From an uncultured Gemmatimonadales bacterium (GTDB lineage Bacteria; Gemmatimonadota; Gemmatimonadetes; Gemmatimonadales; GWC2-71-9): 64,000 nucleotides of DNA. The DNA lies in contig CAVOGR010000001.1 of NCBI GenBank assembly GCA_963695555.1, forward strand, positions 832,001 through 896,000, read 5' to 3'. Below, piece by piece: positions 1 through 9,352 of this stretch (position 1 is the stretch's first letter; each line of letters opens with the position of its first letter). The position numbers and the translations under genes are program-made. The notes below the pieces were generated by a model. It was given only the letters and a program-made list of their open reading frames with translations. It did not search any database and was not told where the DNA came from.

Positions 1-890
1 ATGCTTTGGACGACGCCGCGTACCGCCACCTCGTCTTTACCACTGACGCCGACTCGGGTGCGCTCCGGCGCATTGCCACGGACGAGGGGATCCCGGCCTT
101 GGCCGTTCCGGCCAACGTGGGCGGCCGCTTCAGCGTTCTGTCACCGGTCGGGCTCTTGCCGGCGGCACTGGTTGGTATCGACCCGTCGCAATTGATCGAG
201 GGCGCGCGCCGGGCGGTGGAGCGGGCCGAGTCGGACGCACTCGAGACCAACCCGGCCGCGTTGTACGCGGCACTGCTCTGGGCGGCCGATCACGATCTGG
301 GCGCCCGTATTCACGTCCTCATGCCGTATTCCGACCGGCTGCGCTGGTTTGCCGAATGGTTCAGGCAGCTCTGGGCGGAAAGCCTGGGCAAGCGGCTCAG
401 TCGCGGTGGTCAGGACGTGTGGGCCGGTCCGACACCGCTGGGTGCGGTGGGTGCCACCGACCAGCACAGTCAGGTCCAACTCTTCATGGAAGGCCCGTTC
501 GACAAGGCGATAAGCTTCATCGTGGTCGATCGGCCTCGATCCGACCTTCCCATCCCGGACCCGCCCGGTCTCCCTCCCGAGTTGGCCTATCTGGGCGGGC
601 ACACCCTGGGCGAGCTCCTCGCGGTGGAGGCTCGGGCCACGGCGGGGGCGCTGGCGCAGGCGGGGCGGATGAGTCTCACGATCCGGGTGCCCGAGCTCTC
701 GCCGAGTATCATGGGCGAGCTGCTCATGTTCTTTCAGCTGGCAACCGGATACGCCGGGATCTGGTACGGCGTCAATCCGTTCGATCAGCCCGGCGTCGAG
801 TTGGGCAAACGGCTCACCTTCGGGGCCCTGGGCCGCGCCGGATACGACGCGGTCCAGGGTGACGCAATTCCTCCAGGGGATGAGGTTTAG
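1..890 (+). CDS. pgi: glucose-6-phosphate isomerase (5' part outside window)
   Basis: Motifs VGGRFSVLS, QLWAESLGK, GATDQHSQVQL, NPFDQPGVELGK; frame is open to the window edge. Confidence 0.95.
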   Translation, partial: ALDDAAYRHLVFTTDADSGALRRIATDEGIPALAVPANVGGRFSVLSPVGLLPAALVGIDPSQLIEGARRAVERAESDALETNPAALYAALLWAADHDLGARIHVLMPYSDRLRWFAEWFRQLWAESLGKRLSRGGQDVWAGPTPLGAVGATDQHSQVQLFMEGPFDKAISFIVVDRPRSDLPIPDPPGLPPELAYLGGHTLGELLAVEARATAGALAQAGRMSLTIRVPELSPSIMGELLMFFQLATGYAGIWYGVNPFDQPGVELGKRLTFGALGRAGYDAVQGDAIPPGDEV

Positions 891-965
891 CTCGTTTGAC
901 CGGGGTCCGTCCCCGGTCTAAATTTTGCACGATGGGTTGAGGATTCTTCCAAGGCAAGTGGCGAC

Positions 966-2375
966 ATGACCGATCCAATGCAGCAAGTCGTTGACCTGTA
1001 CGCTGGTGCAGTCTCGCTCGTTCCCGGTGGTGTGCGGCTGCGCGATGCGTCCAAGCTACAGTCCGAGGCCACGGATCGCGTGGTCTGGCAAGCGGTATTC
1101 GGCTCCGAATCGGAGCGTGAGGCGGCGCGGTGGCTGCTCTGGGAGCTGGGCCAGTCGACCGGCGCCCGCCCGGCCTCGATCAATGAGCTGTACATGGCCC
1201 GCGGCCGCGGGGAGTGCAGCGGGTTCACAGTGCCGGCCATCAACGTCCGGGCCATGACCTACGATGTGGCTCGGGCCGTCTTCCGGGCCGCCCGCCGCGG
1301 TCAAGCCGGCGCCATCATTCTCGAGATCGCGCGATCGGAAATCAGCTACACCGCCCAGCGTCCGTCCGAGTACGTGGCGGTGTTGATCGCGGCGGCCCTC
1401 CGGGAGGGGTATACCTCGCCGCTCTTCATCCAGGGCGATCATTGCCAGGTCAACGCCAAGAAGTACGCCCAGGATCCGGAGGGCGAGGTCGGTGAGGTCA
1501 AGAAGCTGATTGCCGAGGAGGTCGCCGCGGGCTTCTACAACATCGACGTCGACACCTCGACCCTGGTCGACCTGTCGAAGCCGACGCTGGAAGAGCAGCA
1601 ACGCACCAATTTCGAGCGCGCGGTCGAGATCACCCGCTTCATCCGCGAGCACGAGCCCGACGGCGTCACCGTGTCGGTCGGAGCGGAGATCGGTGAAGTC
1701 GGGCAGAAGAACAGCACGGTCGAGGAACTCCACGCCTTCATGCAGGGCTACAACCGCGCCTTGGGGGACGCGACCGAGGGGATCAGCAAGATCTCCGTCC
1801 AGACCGGAACCAGCCATGGCGGGGTCGTGCTGTCCGACGGGTCCATTGCCGACGTCAAGCTCGACATCGAGGCGCTCGAGGCGCTGTCCGAGGTGGCCCG
1901 GACGGAGTATGGCCTGGCCGGCGCGGTGCAGCATGGTGCCAGCACGCTGCCGAGTACCGCGTTCGGCAACTTCCCCCGGGTCGAGACCTGTGAAATCCAT
2001 CTCGCCACCAATTTCCAGAACATCATCTTCGACCATCCCAAGCTGCCGGCAGACCTGAGCAAACGGATCCACGAGTGGCTCGACGAGCACACTGCCGGCG
2101 AGCGCAAGCCGGAAGACTCCGATGCTCAGTTCTATTACAAGACCCGGAAGAAGGCGATCGGCCCGTTCAAGAAAGAGCTGTGGTCGCTTCCGGCCGATAT
2201 CCGTCAGGCGATAGCTGCAGATTTGGAGAAAACGTTTAGCTTTCTGTTCGACCAATTGAACGTGAACGGCACAGCCACGCTCGTCGATCGCCACATCCAT
2301 GCGCCGGTGCAGCACCATGCGGCGCTGAAGCCAGTTCTGGCCGTGGCCGTCGACGATCCAGACGCGGGAGAGTAG
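966..2375 (+). CDS. class II fructose-bisphosphate aldolase (long form)
   Basis: VPAIN, QGDH, AEIGEVG, GTSHGG and AVQHGAS metal-binding motifs; follows pgi. Confidence 0.9.
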   Translation: MTDPMQQVVDLYAGAVSLVPGGVRLRDASKLQSEATDRVVWQAVFGSESEREAARWLLWELGQSTGARPASINELYMARGRGECSGFTVPAINVRAMTYDVARAVFRAARRGQAGAIILEIARSEISYTAQRPSEYVAVLIAAALREGYTSPLFIQGDHCQVNAKKYAQDPEGEVGEVKKLIAEEVAAGFYNIDVDTSTLVDLSKPTLEEQQRTNFERAVEITRFIREHEPDGVTVSVGAEIGEVGQKNSTVEELHAFMQGYNRALGDATEGISKISVQTGTSHGGVVLSDGSIADVKLDIEALEALSEVARTEYGLAGAVQHGASTLPSTAFGNFPRVETCEIHLATNFQNIIFDHPKLPADLSKRIHEWLDEHTAGERKPEDSDAQFYYKTRKKAIGPFKKELWSLPADIRQAIAADLEKTFSFLFDQLNVNGTATLVDRHIHAPVQHHAALKPVLAVAVDDPDAGE

Positions 2376-2377
2376 GG

Positions 2378-2797
2378 ATGAAAGCCCAAGACGACCACGA
2401 CGACGTGGTGTACGTCGTTCGTGAACAGGAAGCGCCGCTCAAGTACTTGTTCTGGGGGGCCGCCATCGGCGCGGGTCTCGCCCTCCTCTTTGCGCCCAGC
2501 AGCGGCACGGAAACCCGCCGGCAGATTCGCAGCAAGGCTCGCCGGTTCCGCGCCCTGGCCGAAGAGAAATACGATGAGTTCGAGGATCGGCTGGCCGATG
2601 GCAGTTCCCGGGTCAAGGAGTATGTGGAAGACGGGGTCGAAGACCTGAAGATCCAGGCCGGCGAGCTGACCGACGCGGTCAAGGGTGCCGGGTCGACGGC
2701 ACGGGACGAGCTCGAGCGGCGGCTCAAGGACGCACGGGCGCGGCGCCGTGGTCAGCCCGAGGCCGAGTCGGCTGAGGAAGTGGAGCCGGTGACCTGA
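2378..2797 (+). CDS. YtxH domain-containing protein
   Basis: FWGAAIGAGLALLFAPSSGTETR signature followed by charged helical region. Confidence 0.85.
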   Translation: MKAQDDHDDVVYVVREQEAPLKYLFWGAAIGAGLALLFAPSSGTETRRQIRSKARRFRALAEEKYDEFEDRLADGSSRVKEYVEDGVEDLKIQAGELTDAVKGAGSTARDELERRLKDARARRRGQPEAESAEEVEPVT

Positions 2798-3732
2798 CCG
2801 AACTTCGCCTGGGGGGCTGGCACCGCACCGTCCGCGGCTACCTGCGCCGGACCCTCCAGGCGGCCGACGAAAACAACATCTTCTTTCTCTCCAGCGCGTT
2901 GAGCTTCGACGCGCTGCTCACCGCCGCACCGTTCATCCTCCTCCTCCTGATCATCCTGCCCATGATGATCCAGGTGCTGACCGGCGGCCCGGCCCCGCCG
3001 CTGGACCGCCTGGTCGAGCCGTTCATGCCGCCGCATCAGGCGGTGCAAGGCACTGACCCGTTCGAGGTCTTCGTCGAGCGGCTCCGGCTCGTCACTGCCT
3101 ACCGCGGCCAGATTTCGCTCTACGCCATTCCGTTGTTCATTTGGTTCAGCAGCCGCCTGTTTGCCGGCATGCGCACGGCGCTGAACCACATCTTCGACGT
3201 GTCGGGCCGGCGCACCTTCCGCGGCGGCATCATCCGGAGCTATCTGCTGGGCAAGGCCCGCGACGTCGTGATGGTGTTCGTGACCCTGGGCCTCTTCGTC
3301 GCCAACACCGCCTTCAGCGCTTGGCTTCGGGTCCTCGAGCTGCGGAGCCAGCAGGCGGTGCCCGATTTCCACTTCTTCGTGACCAGCGTGGGTCGCCTGC
3401 TCGCGCTGCTCTTGGCCTACGGCTTCTCACTCTCCCTCTTCTTCGTGCTGTACAAATTTGCGTCCAGCCGGCCGTTGGGGTGGCGGCCGGCGCTGGTGGC
3501 CGCCGCCTTTGCCGCGGTGGCGTTCGAGCTGGCCAAGCAGGTATTCGGGTGGTACATGCAGAACGGGGCCGCGGGACCCGAACGCCTCTCGGTCGGGTTC
3601 AACGTGGGTGCCATCATCCTGTTCGTGTTGTGGGTCTGGTATACCGCGCTGGTGTTCCTGCTCGGCGGGGTGGTGGCGGAGACCTGGAAGCTACGGGCGC
3701 TCCAGCGCGAGCAGCGCGCCATGCTGGCTTGA
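2794..3732 (+). CDS. YihY/virulence factor BrkB family membrane protein
   Basis: Multi-TM protein, LLGGVVAE C-terminal motif; frame open upstream of 2899 (…LQAADENNIFFLSSALSFD), probable CTG start overlapping the ytxH stop. Confidence 0.8.
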   Translation: MTELRLGGWHRTVRGYLRRTLQAADENNIFFLSSALSFDALLTAAPFILLLLIILPMMIQVLTGGPAPPLDRLVEPFMPPHQAVQGTDPFEVFVERLRLVTAYRGQISLYAIPLFIWFSSRLFAGMRTALNHIFDVSGRRTFRGGIIRSYLLGKARDVVMVFVTLGLFVANTAFSAWLRVLELRSQQAVPDFHFFVTSVGRLLALLLAYGFSLSLFFVLYKFASSRPLGWRPALVAAAFAAVAFELAKQVFGWYMQNGAAGPERLSVGFNVGAIILFVLWVWYTALVFLLGGVVAETWKLRALQREQRAMLA

Positions 3733-3879
3733 CCCTTCCCCCAACCGCCCCCCCGCCCGCTATCAGCTACCTCCCTACTCCCCACCCCCCGGTCGGGGTT
3801 CGCGTGACCGAGAAGATCTTCCCCACCGCGGCGGACTTCTGGCGCCAGCGGTTCAGACCGCTAACCAACCCGGTTCCTT

Positions 3880-3927
3880 CTATAGCACCGGTAGACCTGC
3901 CGGCTATAGCACCGGTAGACCTGCCGG
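3880..3927. repeat. perfect 24-bp tandem duplication (CTATAGCACCGGTAGACCTGCCGG x2), each unit with an internal hairpin
   Basis: Direct read of 3880-3903 and 3904-3927; abuts the stop codon of the usher-like gene. Confidence 0.95.
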
Positions 3928-6547
3928 TCAGTCACGGCGTCGGATGATCAGCTCGATGCCTTGGAGGCTAGCCCCTCCGGAGGTCGGTTGGACCCGGAGC
4001 CGAATTGGCTCCGTGGTCTCTGCGGAGGCGTCCAGGAAACCCTCGCTCACGCTCATCTCGTACTCGCCTGGCCGTACACCCAAGGCATAGAACTCACCAT
4101 CGCTGAAGGTCGAGATTTCCCGGCGTTCGCCGGTCTTCAGGTTCGTGAGAAGGAGGATGAGGGAGCCGGCGGGCACGGTGACACCGTCGAAGTGACGGAG
4201 CACGCGTCCCTCGAGTACCCCCGCTTCGATGAGAGGAAGGTCCAACACCCGATAGGAATTCGGGCTTGGCACGATGCTGACCGCCTGGTACTGCGAGACG
4301 AAGAGGGGATTGGGCAGGCTCAGCGAGTCGATCTGGACGATGAGGGGCTCGAACGGCACCAGGTCCCATCGGTCGAAGCGGCCGGTCGAGTCGGTTCGTG
4401 CAATGCTCGACCCTACGATCACCCGCACGTTGGCAATGCCGTCTTCTCCTGGGTCCTGTAACCCGTTCGCATTTTCGTCGAGAACATTCTGCCCGAAGAG
4501 CCGCTACGGTCGACCGACAGGTTAGGAAAGAACTCCATCCGGTCTGCCGCTTGGTTCCAGACTGCCGATCCGCGCATGAGCTGGTAGCCCGTCATCTTGC
4601 CCCCCCCGGGTGCGCTGATTGCCGTGGATGAAGAATGGGAGGCTAACTCAGATGTGAGGGCCAGTGCGAACGTCGTTCCCATTCCGCCATGCTGCCGCCG
4701 GACGCCGCCTTCGATGTGGCTTCCCAACCCGAGGGACCGGGTCGCCGAGAGGCCGGCCCGCATCGGGCGAAGCGAGGTCTCAACCTCGAGGTCGGTCCGA
4801 ACCCAGAATCTTGCCGAGCGACCGGGCCCACGCCGAGGTTGGGGCAGCGAGGTGCGGTCGTGCGGCGAAGCCCTTCGAAGGGGCTGTGGGCTCGCGCTCG
4901 GCCGATCCCAGCTCCCGGCGACGAAGGGGGAGGAAGTGCACCCCATGCGCTCGCGCGGATGCGCCCAGGGTGGCGCGGGTGAGGTCCGCTCGCAGTGTGG
5001 GAGCCGATTGAGGGCTTCCCTCGGAAGTTACCAGGCGCGGTTCTCCCGGTTCGGGCGGTCGAGTTCTTCCGGAGGACTCCACTGGTCGATCCGTTCTGCC
5101 GACGACGTGGGGCGGCGGGGCGGTGGTGTGTAGGGCAAACCCACGACCTCGGCGGCATGCGAGATGAATTCGCCGACGGCTCCGTCACGGACCATGCCTC
5201 GCCCGAACGCCTCTGTTCGACCTCCACCTCCAGTGTCCATCCGTTGCTGGGCCTGCTGCAGCGAGAGGTCCGAGATCATGGAGGTTGCCCAGGGAGCGTG
5301 TCGCGCGAGCGGCAGCGGTGGGAGCACCGACCCGAAGGTGGGGGCGTTGGTGTCGCACCACGTGGCGGAGTCGACGTTGAGGTTCACCTGGCCCGCGCGA
5401 GCGCCCGCGCGTGCGCACGTGCCACCGTGCCACATTCCCCCACCGACCTTTCGGTAGGAGGGCTCCAAGGCTCACGCCACGGTGGGTGGGGTTTGAAACG
5501 CCGTATCCTCACCAGACCATGTGGCGACGCGGATCAATGACTGGGGTCTCTCCACCGTCTGAAGCCGGAGACTCAACCCGTCATCCCGTCTTCCGACGAG
5601 GAGCTGCAAGCAGCGACGAGGCGCCACCTGTTGGTATGCCTCGACCTGCCACCCGGATCGACCGGCCGTCGGTCGACGATGCTGCCCAGGATGAGGACGG
5701 AGGAACGGGGAAGTCGTGGTGCGCGAGGACACCGCGCAGCCCACGGAACCTCGGACCGGTCGCGATCCGTCCCCCACGCGGAGTTGTTGAGCCAGGGGTC
5801 GTCTTGCCGCACCCGGACCCGGGCCCGGACGCGAACACGACCTTCGCCCGCGCGGCCTTCACTTTCGGCCGTCAGGGCCAGTGATCCGCCGAAGGCATCG
5901 TTCCGAGGCCCATCCGATACTGGCTCCCGGCGAGCGGCTCGTCGCTCGGCAGGAGGCCACGATAGTCCATGACCGATCCATCCCACGGGTCCGCACGGTC
6001 CCAGCGTGAGGTCCGGCTCGAGGCCGTCATCGCGACGGAGCAGCGCATTGCGAGCGTGCTACCGCGTGTATCGCCGGGCAATGGGCAGTCCGTCAGCGTC
6101 CATCAACGTAACCCGCGACTCGGACCAGTCGACATCGAAGGCGAAGCCCCGGGCACCCCGGCGACCCGTTGCGTCGTAGTACTCGCCGTCTTGCACGAGA
6201 GCTGCGACGGGCCGGTTTGTATGAACGGTCCGCCATCTGCACTTTGTATCGCCGGGCGTCGATGAGAAAGTCGGTCCCACTCGGTTCGAACCTGGCTTCG
6301 AGCCGCCCGTCGTCATGGACTGGTAGCTCACCTCGGCCAGGTCGAGGAACTGGTCGCGGGTGAGCACGTCATCTCCACCCCGAAATCCCGACACGGTCCG
6401 GGACACCAGTAGTCCCAGGCGGAGACTCGATGATGACCGGCTCGGCACTGGGCAGGCCGCGGCGGACTCGCGCTCGATGGCGATGGACCCGGCGATTGTC
6501 CAACCGAGCGCCACCAGAACCGGTCGATGCCCGTTGGAGACTCGCAT
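3928..6547 (-). pseudogene. usher-like outer-membrane protein with C-terminal carboxypeptidase-regulatory-like (Ig) domains; many frameshifts (decay or read errors)
   Basis: Fragments joined across frames: EPVIIE..LRLGLLVSRTVSGF..QFLDLAEV, FDVDWSE, WQVEAY; intact C-terminus RVIVGS..TDSTGRF..WDLVPFEP..TFSDGEFYALGVRPGEY; last gene of a pilin/chaperone cluster. Confidence 0.65.
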
Positions 6548-6554
6548 GCGTCGG

Positions 6555-7102
6555 CGTGGGGCTCGGTGGATAACCGTGAGGACGACCGTACCGGTGTAAG
6601 ACCGTCGCCTGGGCTGGGCACGGTGTCAGGTCCCGCCGAGCCACACGTACGTGAACGGTAGATGGCGGCGGACCCAGGCGCCCGACCGTGACAACCGATG
6701 GATCGAGGGGATGCCGGCGGCGGGGTCGTTCTGCTGCCTAGCCACGGGCCGAGGTTGGTCCAGAACTGATGGGGGAGCGTGGTGCCGGGCGGGCCCGTGG
6801 TGCTTGGCAGCACTGTCGGCAGGGTGGAGGTCATCGTCATGAAGCGTGGGATTGCCCGTCACCGGGGGAGGGGTCCGGCGGCTCGCATCCGTAGGGGGAG
6901 CACGGTCGTGGCGGGAGACGCCGCCCGGCGCGGTTCCAAGTCGAGGTGGGACAGTCCCCATCTCACTGTGATGCTCAAGCGTGACGACGGTGGCACGTGC
7001 GGTTGCCACGCGCAGGGAGGAGCCCTGGCACGCGGACAGGCGTGGCAGCATCAATGCCCCCGTGCACACCCACAGCCGGGCCAGCCCCTCGGGTCGGATC
7101 AC
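6555..7102 (-). pseudogene. DUF4402/spore-coat-U-like pilin subunit 3 (frameshifted); ends approximate
   Basis: GTG overlaps upstream stop; signal peptide, ARATVV..LSITV, TLPTVL, YVWLGGT..AQATG.YTGTVVLTV C-terminal strand seen across frames. Confidence 0.6.
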
Positions 7103-7934
7103 GGCACGACGACGACGACTACGGTGCGGCGGCTCAATCGGCGGCGGCACCGTATTTCCGACGAAGGTCGTCTCGCTCGCTCACCAGTTCGGTCGCGAGG
7201 GTGTAGCGACCTGCTGGGAGCTTACCTACGGAAGAGCGAAGCCTCGGGGCCGGCGTGTGGTGACGGCGAGCGGCACCGTCGGACTCCGCCTCGGTTTGGC
7301 CCTCGGCGTTCTGGAGCTGCCACTTGAGCGTTCCGATGAACACGCCCTCGCCCTGGCGTTCGAGGTTCATCCCGATCTCGAGCGGGAGGTCGATCCCAGG
7401 CACCTGGGCCCGCGAGTCCGACACGGCGAGGCCAGTCGTCACGTTTCCCTTCCGGTAGCTCAGCGCGATGACCGTCCGCACCTCGAGCGTGGACCGACCT
7501 GGATACCGAGGTCGCTTCCCCCGCGACACCGGACACAGGCACCTGTCCTCCCTTGGCGGCGATGATCGCCGCGTCCAGGTACTTCCCGTCCTCGAGATTC
7601 TGGGGCGGGCGAGCCAGCAGCCGGATGGTCTCGGCACCGTCGCGGCGGCGATCGTGACACGGCGGGGAAAGGCTTGGATCACGTCCGAGCGCCGAGGGGT
7701 GGGTGAGTCGGGTGATTCGATCATGCGGAGCGTCGGTGGCCGGTTGAGTCGGTGACCGGGAATCCGAACGTCGTCGAGCCGGACCTCGACAGGCTCAGTC
7801 CGGGTTGTAGGCCTGGAGCGGTTCGCTTCCGTGTCTGGTCGTCGTCTAGGTGGCATGCGCGCCACCAGCACCCTTGGGCCCGAGCACGCGGGGCGGGCAC
7901 GCGGTACGACTGCGAGTATCAAGAGGTCTCTCAT
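7099..7934 (-). pseudogene. fimbrial biogenesis (PapD-like) periplasmic chaperone (frameshifted)
   Basis: ATGA-coupled start; across frames AQGVLVA, YNP..TEPVEV, FGFPVTDSTG, IQAFPRRVTI, TIRLLARPPQNLEDG.Y, TLEVRTVIALSYRKGNVTTG, LPAGRYTL. Confidence 0.7.
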
Positions 7935-8401
7935 GTCCCGGGACCGCAACGATGAGGGTGACCGTCGCCGGTAGTTCCCGGCGGGCTGGCTCGACACGTG
8001 GCTGGGCCGTCCCACCGATGAACACCGGGCCGTCCCGTTGTGGGGAGGATCGCCGTGTAGGGAGCGCTGGGATCGGATCCCTGTTCGCTGCCCGTCGCTG
8101 GGATCCGGCAAAGCCAGCGTCGTCGGGGCCGATACAAGGGGTATGACCGCCCCATTGGGGCCCGTTCATCTCCTGAGGCTTCCGGACTCGATCATCAGCT
8201 GCGCATTCTTCGCGCCCCGAATCTCTAACTGACCGCTTCTCGCAGGGTCGGTTCTGTGGAACCTGCTCGGGCACGCCGGGAGCAACGTGTAAGTGCGAGC
8301 GATTGCTGTCCCTTCACTCGTAGTGGGGGGCCGCGTCCCTGGAGCGCCGAGCTGTTCGGCGGCAGGAGGGAAAGGGCGGCAGCGACCGCGAGCATCTTCA
8401 C
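7931..8401 (-). pseudogene. DUF4402-like pilin subunit 2 (frameshifted)
   Basis: Signal peptide then LRVKGQQSLA..TLLPGVP..TDPARSGQLEIRG..GAVIPL..GPDDAGF..VFIGGTAQP..AGNY.ATVTLIVA; paralogous to pilins 1 and 3. Confidence 0.65.
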
Positions 8402-8429
8402 GGGATCGGTCTCCGAGAACCTAGCGGGG

Positions 8430-8464
8430 ACCGATGGAGGCCCCAGCTTCGGGCCTCCACCGAT
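8430..8464 (-). terminator. 14-bp stem-loop after the major pilin gene (attenuator or mRNA-stabilising hairpin)
   Basis: ATCGGTGGAGGCCC-gaagctg-GGGCCTCCATCGGT pairs fully (two G-U) only on the minus strand; no clear U-tract. Confidence 0.6.
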
Positions 8465-8484
8465 CTTGGTGTCAGATGGAACCG

Positions 8485-9008
8485 CTGCGGTCCCGTTGTA
8501 GACCACCGTCATCGTGACCGGGGCCGTGTAGATCGCTCGGCGGGCTGGCTGGCGCACGGGGCTCACGGTACGCCAACGAAGACGTGAGCTCCGCCGGGGG
8601 TCGCACCGGTGCTCAACCGGAGACCTAACGGCCGCGGATGGCGTGAATGCCGTGCCGCCGGCCGCAGAGTCGTGGTGTGTGCACACCGGTCCGCCTGCGA
8701 TCGGGAGCACGTTGGCCGCGAAGACCAAGTCCGTCGGAGGCGCAAAGGTGATGTCCAGCACCCACGTTATCTGTTCACGGTGACGGGAAAGTGTCCTGCG
8801 GTCGGATCGGTGACGGCCACGTCACGGGCACGCCCGGAAACACATTGCCGAAGTCGAGGTCCGCGTCCCCTACCACCGCCAGCGGCGTGAGCACCGTCGC
8901 TCGGGCGGTGATGAAATCGGAGTTCTGGGCCTGCGCGGTGGCCGTGGCAAAGCCTGCAACGAGCGCCAGGGCCAAAGCGGCCTTGCAGAAGGTCCTCATG
9001 CTGGTCAT
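8485..9008 (-). pseudogene. DUF4402-like major pilin subunit 1 (frameshifted; start may be 8999; end approximate)
   Basis: Signal peptide ..ATAQA|QNSDFITARATVLTPLAVVGDADLDFGNVFPGV; later frames give LDITFAPPTDL..LPI..GTAFTPS..VFVG.TVSP..IYTAPVTMTVVY. Confidence 0.75.
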
Positions 9009-9079
9009 CCTCTCTCGTGGTTCAGGTAATCATGATGGGGTACTAGGGTGTCCCCACCTAGGCACTTCCCTAGCTCCTG

Positions 9080-9096
9080 AGCAATCCATATGCCAG
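9080..9096 (-). promoter_or_regulatory. sigma54 (-24/-12) promoter for the pilin operon
   Basis: CTGGCATATGGATTGCT on minus strand matches YTGGCA-N6-TTGCW with exact GG-N10-GC spacing, ~70 bp upstream of pilin 1. Confidence 0.75.
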
Positions 9097-9122
9097 GTGC
9101 CTCACACCCCTCATGAAATGTC

Positions 9123-9135
9123 GAATTACTTGATA
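9123..9135 (-). promoter_or_regulatory. IHF-like binding site
   Basis: TATCAAGTAATTC vs consensus WATCAANNNNTTR (1 mismatch), in an AT-rich tract between the sigma54 site and the palindrome. Confidence 0.45.
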
Positions 9136-9176
9136 GTAGTTGGCAGGAAAAATGCTCTAAGTCATTGTACTATATA

Positions 9177-9196
9177 GACTAGGGTAAACCCTAGTC
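9177..9196. promoter_or_regulatory. perfect inverted repeat GACTAGGGT-AA-ACCCTAGTC, candidate activator/enhancer site
   Basis: 9-bp perfect arms; related CTAGGG/CCCTAG half-sites recur at 9042-9073. Confidence 0.6.
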
Positions 9197-9352
9197 AGCG
9201 TATTGGCTTTCGTCGGTTGTTCCTGTTGGCCTGTCGGTAATAGGAGGCGATTTATCGCCTTGGGTGGTAATGAGTTAGCTCGAGGCCTTCTCAGGAGACC
9301 TGGGAGAACGACGCCCGTCGGCTGGGGCTGAATCCTTCGCCTTGGAGGATGG

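Noticed and set aside
3880..3927. CRISPR mini-array
   Set aside because: Only two abutting copies, no spacer and no cas genes
3804..3947. Short ORF VTEKIFPTAADFWRQRF… running through the tandem repeat
   Set aside because: Weak RBS, no recognisable family and overlaps the convergent usher stop; cannot be supported
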